64,000 bases of DNA from the human T2T-CHM13v2.0 reference genome, Homo sapiens, in NCBI RefSeq assembly GCF_009914755.1, contig NC_060927.1. One strand, given 5' to 3'. A program made the position numbers and the translations under genes. Of this stretch, positions 13,910-26,119 are shown in pieces; within the stretch, counting starts at the first letter, position 1; every line of letters begins with the position of its first letter. The notes beneath the pieces are model-generated. The model saw only the letters and a program-made list of their open reading frames with translations. It was not told the origin of the DNA and made no database searches.

Positions 13910-14799
13910 TGTGGTAGACAGAATAATGGTCCTCTAAAGATCTGTAAATCCTAATCCCCAGAACCTGTAAATATGTTAGGTTACATGAAAAAGAGTAATT
14001 AAGGTTACAGCAAAAATTAAGGTTGCAGCTGGAATTAAGGTTGCTAATAAACTGACCTTAAAATAGGAAAATTATTGTGTTAGTTTGTTCTCGCATTGAT
14101 ATAAAGAACTACCTGAGGCTGGGTAATTTATAAAAAAGAGAAGTTTAGTTGGCTCCTGGTTCCACAGGGTGTATAGGAAGTGTGGCTGGAGAAGACTCAG
14201 GAAACTTACATCAGGGCGGAACGTAAAGGGGAAGCAGGCATGACCTACATGGCTGGTGCAGGAGGAAGAGAGTGAAGGAGGAGGTGCTACACACTTTTTG
14301 ACAACCAGATCTTGTGAGAACTCATTATCACGAGAATAGCAGGGAGGAAATCTGCCCCCATGATCCAGTCACCTCCCACTAGGCCCCTCCTCCAACACTG
14401 AGGATTACAATTTGACATGAGATTTGGGTGGAGACACAAATCCAATCCATTCCCATTACCATGGTTTATCTGGGTGGGCCCAGTGTAATTAGAAGCATCC
14501 TCAAAAGTGGAGGAGAACGGTAGAAGAGGAGGTCAGAGTGATGCAGTGTGCAAAGAATTAACCCAACATTGCCGGCCTTGAAGACAGGAGGCAGCCTTTG
14601 GAAGCTGAAAAAGGCAAAGACTTGGATTTCCCCCCTAGAGCCTCCAGAAATAAACTTAGCCTTGCTGACACCTTGATTTTAGCCCAGTGAGATCTGTGTT
14701 AGACTTCTGACCTATACAACTGTGAGATAATAAGTTTATGTTGTTTTATGCCTCTAAGTCTTAGATAATTTTTTCTAGCAACAACGGAAAGCTAATATA
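13910..14799 (+). mobile_element. MLT1D-like solo LTR, split by an MSTA LTR
   Basis: tgtggtagacagaataatgg...ctaatata; perfect 5-bp TSD ctagt (13905-13909 / 14800-14804). Confidence 0.85.
14076..14454 (-). mobile_element. MSTA-like solo LTR nested in MLT1D
   Basis: tgtgttagtttgttctcgcattgatataaagaactacctgag...gagatttgggtggagacacaaatcc; TSD attat/attac. Confidence 0.85.
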
Positions 14800-14916
14800 C
14801 TAGTATAGAACTTGTATTCACCGACTATCATCCAGACTATTCCTATATTACATTATTAAATAGTCTCTGAAAAACTCTCATAGTTTCTCCTGATTTTTAC
14901 CTTCTTTGTGAGTTTT

Positions 14917-15235
14917 TATTGAAGAAAAATCATATTCAGTGATGCTTGTTAAAGCACAGTAAGAGTTTTTTTCAGCACCATCACAATAGTTACAGGCACC
15001 ACTGCAATGGAGTCTCTTACAGTGGAGATGAGAGATTGGGCTCACCTCCGAATGCAGCATAGACAAGTGGAAATTTACAGCCGAGGAGCAGCATAGGAGG
15101 TCGGTGGTTGGAAAATTACCAAGAGGAAGCATCAGGGGTAGGATTCTTTCTGAAGACAGGCCAGGGTAATCAGACGTCACCTAGAAGAAAGTTCAGTAAG
15201 CTGACTAAAGTAAGGCCAAATAAAGAATCATCTCA
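14917..15235 (-). mobile_element. MER31-like ERV1 LTR, internally deleted
   Basis: gagagattgggctca...ggaaaattaccaagaggaagcatcaggggta...caggccagggtaatcagac matches the recalled MER31 consensus. Confidence 0.65.
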
Positions 15236-16049
15236 GAATCATTAGAGTTGCTTGTGTGTTAAATAGAAAAAAAAATCTTGTTAGTTATTTTAACTTCACA
15301 GTTTCTTTATAACTGCTCATAAGCACATATTACTATAGAAGACTGTTCAGCATCTGAAACAAGAAGCTTTGGGAAGTCCTTATATCTTAGAGCACATTGT
15401 TTTTTATTCAAAGAAATAAAATATGAACTTAAACTATCTGACACCATAAGTATGCCAGGAAAATAATCCTAATTGCTAATCTAAATTCATGTAAATGTGT
15501 ATCTCTTGGGTCTCAACCTTAATACTTGCTTTCAATAATTCCTATTCTTGAAAAGTTATTAGGGCCTAGAAAAACAGAATGGAGCTCCTCGAGGTTATAA
15601 TCAACTTTAAGTTTTAGATGATTATATCTCAAGCATAGACCATGCTCACACCCCTACTCATTGTCCCATGAAACGGGGATTGTCCTAAAGCTCTAAATGC
15701 CCTAAATCTTTCATCTGAAAGCTTAGTTTTGAGACACACATTAAAAATTTAGAGGTGGTGAATATGCATACTTATTATATATTTAGAAAGATAGATAATG
15801 CTTATGATAAAATAATTTTAAAAATTAAGTGCATTTTCAAAAATGTGTTTCTTAGCCAAAGTTATTACACATTCCATATTATTCCTATAGCAAGATTGGG
15901 AGGCTGTACATATGAAAACATAACCATTTTCTATTGAACTGAGTGTGAGACACATTTTGGACCAGAGGTTTATATCAAACAGTTGCACTAGTTGACCCGC
16001 TGAGATGCCCTAAAGAAAAAGAACTCAAGAATTTAAGTTGATTTCCAGC

Positions 16050-16506
16050 TGTTTGTTATTAGAGCAAATGTTAGTGCTCCCGGAGTGTTTGCCCGTGGCC
16101 ATCAACCAGCACCTGCATCTCTTTCATTAGGTAGACTGCCCTTAGGCTGCAGCAGCCTGTTTTGCCTGTGAGCAGTGAGAGTCAGAAGTACTTGGGAATT
16201 TACATCCCCATTCGGGGCCATCCATAAACAGTGATTGACAGCTGTTGGAGTATCAATATTCCAGTTCTTCTGCTTCTGATGAGAATACCCTGTGTATGAT
16301 GTATACTATCTCTATAGCTTTCCTGAAGGATTCAAACAGTTACAGTTTGTGGGGCTGTCTAACACCACATCCTTGCTTGACTCCTTCACTTCCTGGTCCC
16401 AATTCCCAAGTCCCTTACTGGCTTTCCCTGAAAATACTTCCTAAGAATTCACGTTCACAAGCAACCTTGTTTCAAAGTCTGTTTCTGGTGAACCCAAACT
16501 AAGGTA
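16050..16506 (+). mobile_element. LTR16-family solo LTR
   Basis: gggaatttacatcccc...ends tctgtttctggtgaacccaaactaagg. Confidence 0.6.
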
Positions 16507-17016
16507 TTATATTCATACAGACACTAAATTTGTTATTCTATGATCTATTATTTTCATTAATGTTTTGAGTTTTACAGTCTCATCTGTAAAATGTACTCAA
16601 GTTAACTGAATCCCTCAGGATAGATTGAGGGAGGTTTCAAAAGTGAATATAAAATTCCTCAAATTCCCTCACTTCACTGGAAATAGACATACTAGACACT
16701 CTAAGTAAGGCAGCACTTGTTTATAGGTAGCTGGCTTCTTTATAAAAGGGATACACCATTTAAATGTTGATAAAGTGTGTGTAACAGCAGATAAAACCGT
16801 GATCAGGTCTCCTGTGAGTGAGCAATCACCGGCCGATTATCACTGAGCTAATCACAATATGTCTTAATAAAGGTCCATTCAAAAGAATGAAAATTGTATC
16901 CATATATAAGACAAAGGGGTTTTAAAATAAAAAAATCTTTGCAAAGTGTACAAAAGCACTGAAGAAAAATATTGAAACTAATATGTTTTTACACATAATC
17001 ATTTTAAGATGGTATA

Positions 17017-17507
17017 GTGAGCTTGATACAAAGGGTGTTACAGAGACCGCTGGAGGTTCCTAAGATCCTTTCTGGTGGTCTACAAGGTCAAAAATATTTT
17101 TATCATAATACGAATTCATTATTTGCCTTTTTCACTCTGATTCTCTCATGAATGTAAAGTGGAGTTTTCCAGGGGCTACATGATTTGAGATGTGGCAAAA
17201 GCTGGAATATGGAAGCAAATGTTAGAATCCAGCTGTCTTTTATTAAGCCAGAAATTACAAAGCCACTCTTCTCTTTTTTATTCTGTTTTTGAAAATAGTG
17301 TTTTTAAATAAAAGTGTATGATTTATGTCAATATGTAACAGGACTATTATTATTTTAAAATAAACATCTAAATTTTTTTATTTTATGTTTTAATGGTGTC
17401 AATAAATATAACGTGTCTAAACAAGTTTTGGGGGATCTTCAATAATTTTTCAGAGTGTAAAGAGGCCCTGAGACAAAAACAAAAAACAAACATAGAAAAC
17501 AGCCGAT
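17017..17507 (+). mobile_element. Charlie1-family (Charlie1b-like) hAT deletion derivative
   Basis: ttatttgcctttttcactctgattctctcatgaatgtaaagtggagttttccagg...agaatccagctgtcttttattaagccag...gagtgtaaagaggccctgagac. Confidence 0.7.
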
Positions 17508-18836
17508 ATAGAGTCAAATTCAAGCCCTTCATCTTAGAAAAGATGAAGAAAGATAACCAAGATAAAGGCGAAGTTTAAAATACGCTCTCACTTTTTTTGG
17601 TCTTATTTTGAGAACCTACGTATGTTCTAGGAAGCTAGTTTTAATGGAGCAATTAAAAAATAAATTTCAATTAAATGAGTTCTACCAGTTTTTTTTTATT
17701 TTTTTATTTTTTATTTATTTTTTTTTTGGTAAACAAGCATTCAGGCGCCTAATCTATAGTGAGTGTTTTGTTTTATTTTTTTAAATGCAGAGGCAATGGT
17801 TAGTCTTCTGAACATTTGCATTCTCATTTTCATTAGCAAATAGCATATTGTTTGACAGAATATGTGAATGTTGTATTAAGACAATGTATTTAAGCAGCGT
17901 GTGTGGCATGCTGCAATTGTGGGAATGGAATTATGTGAATTTGTGAGTAGCATGCGAATGAGTCTGCCCACAATTTAGGGAGAGTTTAAGACTAATATCT
18001 AAGAGCCAGAAAGCTAACCACAGATGCCACATGGGAGCTATGTTATCATCATAAGAACTATTCTGTGTTGCTTCTTTTAGTCGCTGCTAATTTCAGATAA
18101 TGTTCATCTTACATCTGGACTTCACCAGTGTGAGTGCTATTCACCATGTGGGACATATCTTAAGTACGTACGACCTTCCAGGTTTGCTAGTTGTAGTACA
18201 TGATAATAATAAAAATGATAATAATATATTTAAACACTAGCATGCAACTAATTGAACACTGTATATTATTAGTGTTCACATAAAATCTTAAAAAAATTTC
18301 AGAAATAGTAAAGTCTCCTATTGTAGAGTCACATAATCATGATTTCATTAAGCTTATTGCATCTTTACCTAATTTGAATGATCTCTAAGGAAAGTAATTC
18401 TCTAGTCATCTTTTGTAACTAGTTGTAATTTTATCTGAATGAATCCATGTAATAGATAAAAGAATTTAAGATAAAATTCTCATATAATTTATTTTTAAAG
18501 GACGCAACTCAATATTTGCTTACATCATTTAACAGCCCCTTCATTTCTTGCATCCCAAAGACAAGCATTTTACATCTTTGCTACACCTATATGATGTTAA
18601 AGAAAAGAGCGCCATTTGTCCAGCTTATGATATGCTTTCTATGAGATCCTCACGGCCAGGATCCCCTTTGCCCTTTATGAATTTAATTTCTGGAAGAACA
18701 TATGCTACAGAGAATACCACCTTTGCCTTTGGAATCAGATGGACTTTGGTTTGACTTATGCTGCTGTCTCTTTTTTACGTTTTAACTTGAACAAGTTATT
18801 TAGCATCTTGCCAGGTTCCTCATAGAACCTAATTGT

Positions 18837-18971
18837 TCCGCACCCATTAACTCGTCATTTAACATTAGGTATATCTCCTAATGCTATCCCTCCAACATGG
18901 TACATGTATACATATGTAACAAGCCTGCATGTTGTGTACATGTACGCTAAAACTTAAAGTATAGTAAAAAA
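18837..18971 (+). mobile_element. 135-bp 5'-inverted L1PA4-like insertion inside a MIR
   Basis: TSD aacctaattgt (18826-18836 / 18972-18982); 18837-18893 is antisense L1 3' UTR, 18892-18971 is the sense 3' terminus plus short A tail. Confidence 0.9.
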
Positions 18972-20899
18972 AACCTAATTGTCCCATTTGATGTTAACAA
19001 TATCTCCTTTACAAGTGTTTCTAGAATTAACTGAGAGATTTTCTATAGCCCCACAAAGAATTCTGGCAAGAAATGGTAGATAGTATTAGTAGCATTATTA
19101 GTGGCATCTGTTAGCCTCATGAGAATTATTTCATCAACATCCACCTTCTAGGCTAGAAGTATAATTTAATAGTTGACGTCTCTGAATGACATCATTGATG
19201 AGCATTATCTGGTACATGGGGTATATAAGGTACACATCCTTTGCAACTAGGTAAGGACTACCCTTCCATTTTGAGCCTTATGTACAGCTCATTCTAGAAT
19301 GGTATCCATTAAATTATACATGTCCATGTTAGAGGTTGACAGTTTTCTGAGATAATTGGAAAGAGTATAGCATCAAAGAAATATTTACCTTGAATTTGCT
19401 CTGGTAATTCTCAGATTCATAAACAGTGGTCCCATTTATTATGGGACCATGGCAGCTGTGTTAATGTAGTCATACACAAATTTGTATGATCCCAAACTTC
19501 TTGTAAAGTTTTCCCAGCATATCATTGCACCTCTAGTTCCCAGGGCCTGCATTCCCCTCATTCCACTCTTATTTCCCAAAGAAATTCTGTTCAACTACAA
19601 TACTTTTCATGCAGATTTTCCTGATTTCCAACTTCCCTTTCCTTAACTCTCACTGTACGGCATTAAATGCTTTTCTCCTATACTGGGTGTCTATTTGTGA
19701 CATGTAGCCTCATTTAACAACTGTTGTATGCTTATCTTATCCCACTGGATGGCAGAATTATGCCTTTGTTATTCTTTTATCTCCTCCAATACCTACCATT
19801 TGAACATACGATGTTTGATATAGACACACTAAATTGAATTTAAAATAGTCGAGCATATTATTCTAGTGTGATTTCCTAATATTGCCTTAATTCTCTCTTA
19901 ATGCGTTTTATTAGTAAATGCTTATAAAGTGAATGCAGAAACCATCAACTATGATGATTCCACATAGAAATATATGACATAATACTTTTTTTGGTACATT
20001 TTAAAACACTTAAACCTCAAAAACCTTCTTTCAAATGGAAGACAATGTTTAAAAGCACAAGAACCCTTTTCATTTTTATAAAGATTAAATTATCTTTCCA
20101 TTCTGCTTCCTGCTTTCTATTGCTACTTTCTCCAGATTAATTTTTTTAAAGAGTAATGACCTATGGACATTAAACACAAAAGGAATATAAAATAAATGCG
20201 TTGGAATACCAAACATCCTGTTGGTTGTTACAATTCTACAACAACAATTAGATTTTTTTTTCTAATTAAAATCATTTGAAATCACAGTTTTTGTCTTCTC
20301 AGAGGTTTCTCTTTTCCCAAAGTTTCCTTCAGGTCCTGTCCTTGTAGTACATTGGGGTTGTAGTGGCCTGTGCCACCAGGAGAATGGATTCATTAACCTT
20401 TACATTGATTTGAAGTGTCGTTCAAATAAATACTTATACTCTTTTTCTCTGATGGCTTAGTGAAGTCCTTTATCAATAGCACTGATATCTCCCCTTGACC
20501 TTTGCCTCCTGTTCATTCAGAAAATTTCCATCAGGCTGTTTTATTTACATTTGCAATCTCTTGCTACCTCAGTTAAGTTTGGCACAGAAATGTATTAGTC
20601 CTGGATCCAACAGAATTATTTTACACTCTATATTCTTTTGGCTTCTGCAGAGAAGAAAATTTCTTTCTTTGAATTTCATTTTTTAATTTCAGGGTTTAAA
20701 CATTTCCTGCTTTCTGCATATGTGTCTTTTTGTATTTTGTCTGCCTGTTTCTCTTGTTCTCTTGTGACTCTCTGTATATGATTATTTCAATTTCACTTCT
20801 TCACACCAATATCTACTAAAAGATATAGTTAGAGCCAGGAAATGTTTCTGATCCCCTGTTCCCAATCTTATCAATAAACTTTTTTTTTTTTTTCTGCAA

Positions 20900-21020
20900 G
20901 GGGATTGGGGAATTACTATGTGCCAAATGTTGTATTTAGTATTTTACAGATTTTTAAATTTATTTCTCAAACACCCTTAGGGAAAAAGAAACTGTTCCAT
21001 CTTGCAGATGAGGAGGCTGC
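20900..21020 (-). mobile_element. MIR fragment
   Basis: ttactatgtgccaaatgttgt...ccatcttgcagatgaggaggctg. Confidence 0.55.
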
Positions 21021-21084
21021 GTTTTACATTATGTGTATAAATTGCTTTGATGCATACATACTAGTAATGACAGTAGTAAATGGG

Positions 21085-21305
21085 CTGATTGACCCCAGGA
21101 TTTAATTCTGTCACCTTATTAGATATGTGACCATGAGCAGTTACTTAACCCCTTTGTTCCTCAATTTCCCCTTTGGTAAAATGGGAATAACTATAGTCTC
21201 TTCTGTACTAGTGTTGCAAGATTGGCTATGGATTAAATACATTAAACTACATAGAGCAATTGGAATGTTTCTGGTAAATACTAAGTGTTACTTAGGTGTT
21301 AACAT
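21085..21305 (+). mobile_element. MIR
   Basis: tgtgaccatgagcagttacttaacc...cctcaatttcccctttggtaaaatgggaataa. Confidence 0.65.
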
Positions 21306-23407
21306 TGTACTGCTATGTCATAGGTCTTTTCTTTGATGGAGAGGGGATACACTATAGGAGAAAATATCAGCAAGAAATTGAGTGTCACTTCCCTCCATTA
21401 CCAAACTTGGAGGACCAACCTTCTTCCCTACATGATACATAGAATGAATATTAATATCCTGTATTGGGTTAAATACATCATTTCTTTAGTCTGGTCAAAG
21501 ATTCCTCCTTGAGATTCAGTTTCATACTTCAACACTCATTCTAATTTTCAGAATGGAAATATTGGGCCATCCCTTTGACCCAAGCCATGAACTTGGTTTT
21601 AACACTGATTTTTAATAAGTGGTTCTTTTGTTTTAAAGGAAAGGTAGCCTATTTATAGAAACTCCCTTTAGAGAAACAATCTTTCTTTGAAAACTAAGCT
21701 GTAAAATGATGTTCTTTTGTATGTGTGTGTGTGTATATATATGTAAACATATATATATACATACATGTATGTATATAAAGCATAAGAGCTATGTCTAGAA
21801 GAAAAGGCACACTATTAAAAAGCTCCAATTAGAGGAATGTCAGACCCATATTTTCTCCATCTGTATAGTATCCTTTCTTTGAATGGGCCAAAGAAGCCAT
21901 GGACACTGAGTGAGATCTGATAATGCTTTTTATTCCTTGAATTTCTGAGATGCTGAAGAGAAAGTGTCTTGCTATCAGTATTGTTTCTAGGGTTGAAAAG
22001 TACCTCTTAAAAAAACAATTACCACAGGTATTTAATTCAAAAGACCTGAACAGAGTTCCTTCTGTGGTTACAAGGAAGCTGCAAATTTTGAAGTCATACA
22101 AAAAAGTCACATCTACTGGGATAAAATTAATCTCAGCAATCCTAGATTAAGATGAAATATATATATATATATATAAACAACCCCAAATTTTAATAACATA
22201 GTAGAAGATACAATAGGTTACTGATCGAAGGCACAAAAAGATTGTATACTTTAGACCCTAGCTTTTCTTATGATACTTTGATGTCCTTTACACTTGTAGA
22301 CATTTGAGTAAGCTTTTTTTTTTTATTCAATAAACAAATATCTTTGAATAACTGGTAGACATAGAAATACATTTTCAGTGTAAGGGTTAAGCACATAACG
22401 GAATAATTATAATAAAGGAAGTAATAATGGGGGTAAAAAGGAGGGATTGATAAACCCTGCATGGAGGAAAGGAATCAAGGAATATTCTGGAGAAGCATCC
22501 ATTTTTACTGAAATTCAAAGATAAAGATGAAAGGTATTTCCAAGCAGAAATAGGTTGATGCTTTTTGAAACATATTGATATAGTTCAAGTTTAATCCTAT
22601 ATGCTTGACTTTAAATTGATGAGAACTAGTTTTTGCTGAAAATAAACAGGATGAGGGAACCAGATATGCCCCTGAGCGCTTTGAATTGATTATAACTAGA
22701 TGGAGCTGGTTTGGTCTAGTTAGGTTTGATTTGAAACTGCTTGAGTTAAGTTTTATTCAGTCAGATAAAAAAAAAAAAAAAATTTGAGTGAATCTTATGG
22801 TTTGACTACATGCTTTCTATATTGAGAATATTAAACATTTGTCCATTGCATTTGTCATTCATGCTTTCCCTTGATTGCTCTTTAACTTTTACTTCTATTT
22901 CTTAAAAATAATAGTTTACTTTTTATGTGAAATAAACTTCTCCAATGTGTCTTTTAAAAAAATCACCTTAAATGTAAGAGATTTCATTAATATTCATTTC
23001 TGTATCTTTTGCTTTTTCTCTAAATTTAACTCTTTAGTATATTTGGTATCAAATAACTATCTAAATTGAATATTTTCCCAAAAACCAGTATCCTATCTGC
23101 ACTTAAAAATTAATCTATTCTTTTCACATTCTTTGATATCACCTTTTCCTATAATACATGCTTATACCACTTACTTACCTGTAATATGTGTGCTTGCTTT
23201 GTGCAAGAATTTACAAATCCTTATAATACATCTTATCTCACAGAACAGGTCCCTGCTCTAAATTTTTCTTCCAGTTTGATTTTTTATTGTTTAGCTGTTC
23301 TTGCTGTTTTCATTATCCAGATCTACTTCAAAATTATTTTGTCACTTTTTTTCCAAAATATAAAGATATATTCTTAAGATACTATGTTAAAATATAGAAC
23401 AGTTCTT

Positions 23408-23572
23408 GTTTTATTTTATTTTATTTTATTATACTTTAAGTTTTAGGGTACATGTGCACAATGTGCAGGTTTGTTACATATGTATACATGTGCCATGTTA
23501 GTGTGCTGCACCCATTAACTCGTCATTTAGCATTAGGTATGTCTCCTAATGCTATCCCTCCCCCCTCCCCCG
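23408..23572 (-). mobile_element. 5'-truncated L1PA3-like 3' end
   Basis: (tttta)n tail, then ttatactttaagttttagggtacatgtgcacaatgtgcagg; TSD agaacagttctt (23396-23407) / agaatagttctt (23573-23584). Confidence 0.9.
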
Positions 23573-23589
23573 AGAATAGTTCTTAAAAT

Positions 23590-23960
23590 CTCCCCTTTTC
23601 TTCCCCATTGTGTTCTTATAATCTCCCTTTCGCTTCCCCATTGTGGTCAAGCCCTCCCTCCCACCCTTAATCATTGGAAACCATTTCTTTGTTTTCTATC
23701 CTTGTAGTTTTCTCTTTTCCAGAATGTTTATGTAAATGAAATCAAACAATGTATAGCCTTCTAAGTCTGCCTTCCTTCACTTAGCATAAGGTATTTACAA
23801 TTCACCCACATGGTTGTATGTATCATTAGTTTGTTCCATTTTATTGCTCAGCAGTATTTCATTAAATGGTTTTATACCGCATTTTATTCTCCAGCTGAAT
23901 ATTTTGATTGCTATTAGTTTTTGGAAATTGAATATGATAAAATGCCCACTTTTAGTGCTA
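23590..23960 (-). mobile_element. Old L1M (L1MC/ME) 3' region
   Basis: ttttccagaatg...ccttcacttagcataagg...ttccattttattgctcagcagtatttcatt. Confidence 0.6.
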
Positions 23961-25023
23961 AATCAATGTTTTATAAAAATTTTGGTATTATTAATCAGGG
24001 TTAGCTCCTGAATATTATGAAATACCTGAGAAACTCATTGTCTAATCCTTGATTGCTTGCTAATGCTACCTCTTATATAACTAAATTTTAAAAGTTGAAA
24101 TTGGATCACTGCTGCAGGCTCCCTGAGACACCAAAAAACCGTGAGTCTGCTTGCTTTCTCAGTGGGGAGGCTAGTGGTCTAGGGCAAGTTATCAGCCCTG
24201 GTCACTGGCTGCCTGGAAATAGACTCAGTGCTGTTGTGGGGGCACAGTGGGAGTGAGACCGGCCTTTAGGACTGTGGGCTGTGTGGGAGAGGGTTGAGGC
24301 CTGTGACTACCGGCTTTCCCCCACTTCCCTGGTGACCTGTATGGCTCAGCATAGGCAGCCACAATCCCCCCGGGAATATAACTCCATAAGATTGGGAACC
24401 ATATCCTCATCCCCCACAGCAGCTGCAGCTAGTCTCACCCAAGGAAAGACTGAACTCAGACATGCTTATCCCTGCCCCCACCTGGTGGTCTTTCTCTACC
24501 CACCCTCGGAGTCGAAGACAAAGGTCATAATCTCTTGGGATCTCTATGGCCCTGCACACTGCCTGAGAAGCCTGAATACTTAACCAGGTGTCCCTAGGGC
24601 AAGTTTGTATCCTTATAGGACCATAGCTGACGCGCTCTTGAAAGCTCCACCTCCTACCTGGAGGCCAACCAACACAAAACCAGTGCACTAAACAAAAACA
24701 CAAGCAAGGACCCTCACAGAGTCCACTTCACTCCCCTGCTACCTCCACCAAAGCAGGTGCTGGTATCCAGAGCTACAAGACCTGAAGATGGATCATATCA
24801 CAAGACTCTTTGCAGACACTCCCCAGTACTAGCTCAGAGCCTGGGAGCTCCGCTGGGTGGCTAGATCCAGGAGAGCAATAACAATCACTACATTTGGCTC
24901 TCAGGAAGCCCCATTCCTAGGGGTAGGAGGAGAACACCACATCAAGGGAGCATCCCGTGGGACAAAAGAATCTGAACAACAGCCATTGAATCCCAGATCT
25001 TACCTCTTACATAGTCTACCCAA

Positions 25024-26040
25024 ATGAGAAGCAACCAGAAAAACAATTTTGGTAATATGACAAAACAAGCTTCTTTAACACCCCCAAAAGATCATGTCAG
25101 TTCACCAGCAATGAATCCAAAACAAGACAAAATCTCTGAATTGCCAAAAAAAGAATTCAGAAGGTTGATTATTAAGCTAATCAAGGAGGCACCAGAGAAA
25201 GGTGAAGTCCAACTTAAAGAAATCAAAAACACGTTACAGGATATGAAAGAAAATTCTTCAGTGACACAGACAGCATAAATAAAAACCAATAACAAATTCT
25301 GGAAATCAAGGACACACTTAGAGAAATGCAAAATGCACTAGAAAGTCTCAGCAATAGAATCAACCAAGTAGAAGAAAGAAATTCAGAGCTTGAAGACTGG
25401 GCTTTCGAATTAACCCAATCCATCAAAGACAAAGAAAAAAGAATTTAAAAAAAAGAACAAAGCCTTTCAGAAGTTTGGGACTATGTTAAATGAGAATATG
25501 TTAAATGTCCAAACCTAAGAATAATTGGCGTTCCTGAGGAAGAAGAGAAACCTAAAAGTTTTGAAAACACATTTGAGGGAATAATCCAGGAAAACTTTCT
25601 GGACTTGCTAGAGATCTAGACCCCCCAAATGCAAGAAACTCAAAGAACACCTGGAAAATTAATCACAAAAAGATCATCACCTAGGCACATTGTCATCAGG
25701 TTATCTAAAGTCAAGACAAAGGAAAGAATCTTAAGAGCTGAGAGGCAAAAACATCAGGTAACCTATAAAGGAAAACCTATCAGATTAACAGCAGATTTCT
25801 CAGCAGAAATCCTACCCGCTAGAAGGGATTGGGGTCCTATTTTTAGCATCCTTAAACAAAACAATTATCAGCCAAGAATTTTGTATCCAGCAAAATTAAG
25901 CTTTGTAAATGAAAGATACAGTCTTTTCCAGACAAACAAATGCTGAGAGAATTTGCTACTACCAAGCCAGCACTACAATAACTGTTAAAGGGAGCTCTAA
26001 ATCTTGAAATAAACCCCTCAAAAATACACCAAAATAGAAC
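25024..26040 (+). pseudogene. L1 ORF1p remnant (frameshifted)
   Basis: MRSNQKNN...ELPKKEFRRLIIK and RSSPRHIVIRLSKV...GKPIRLTADFSAE...QPRILYPAKLSF. Confidence 0.9.
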
Positions 26041-26119
26041 CTCCATAAAGCATAAACCTCACAGGACCTATATAACAATAACACAATTAAAAAAAAGTAT
26101 TTATTCAACAAATAGTAAG

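Noticed and set aside
16760-16860. GATA motif cluster
   Set aside because: Three short motifs in 100 bp of AT-rich DNA are not distinguishable from chance without chromatin data.
20900-21305. Divergent MIR pair as a hairpin or miRNA precursor
   Set aside because: Copies too diverged for a stable stem by inspection.
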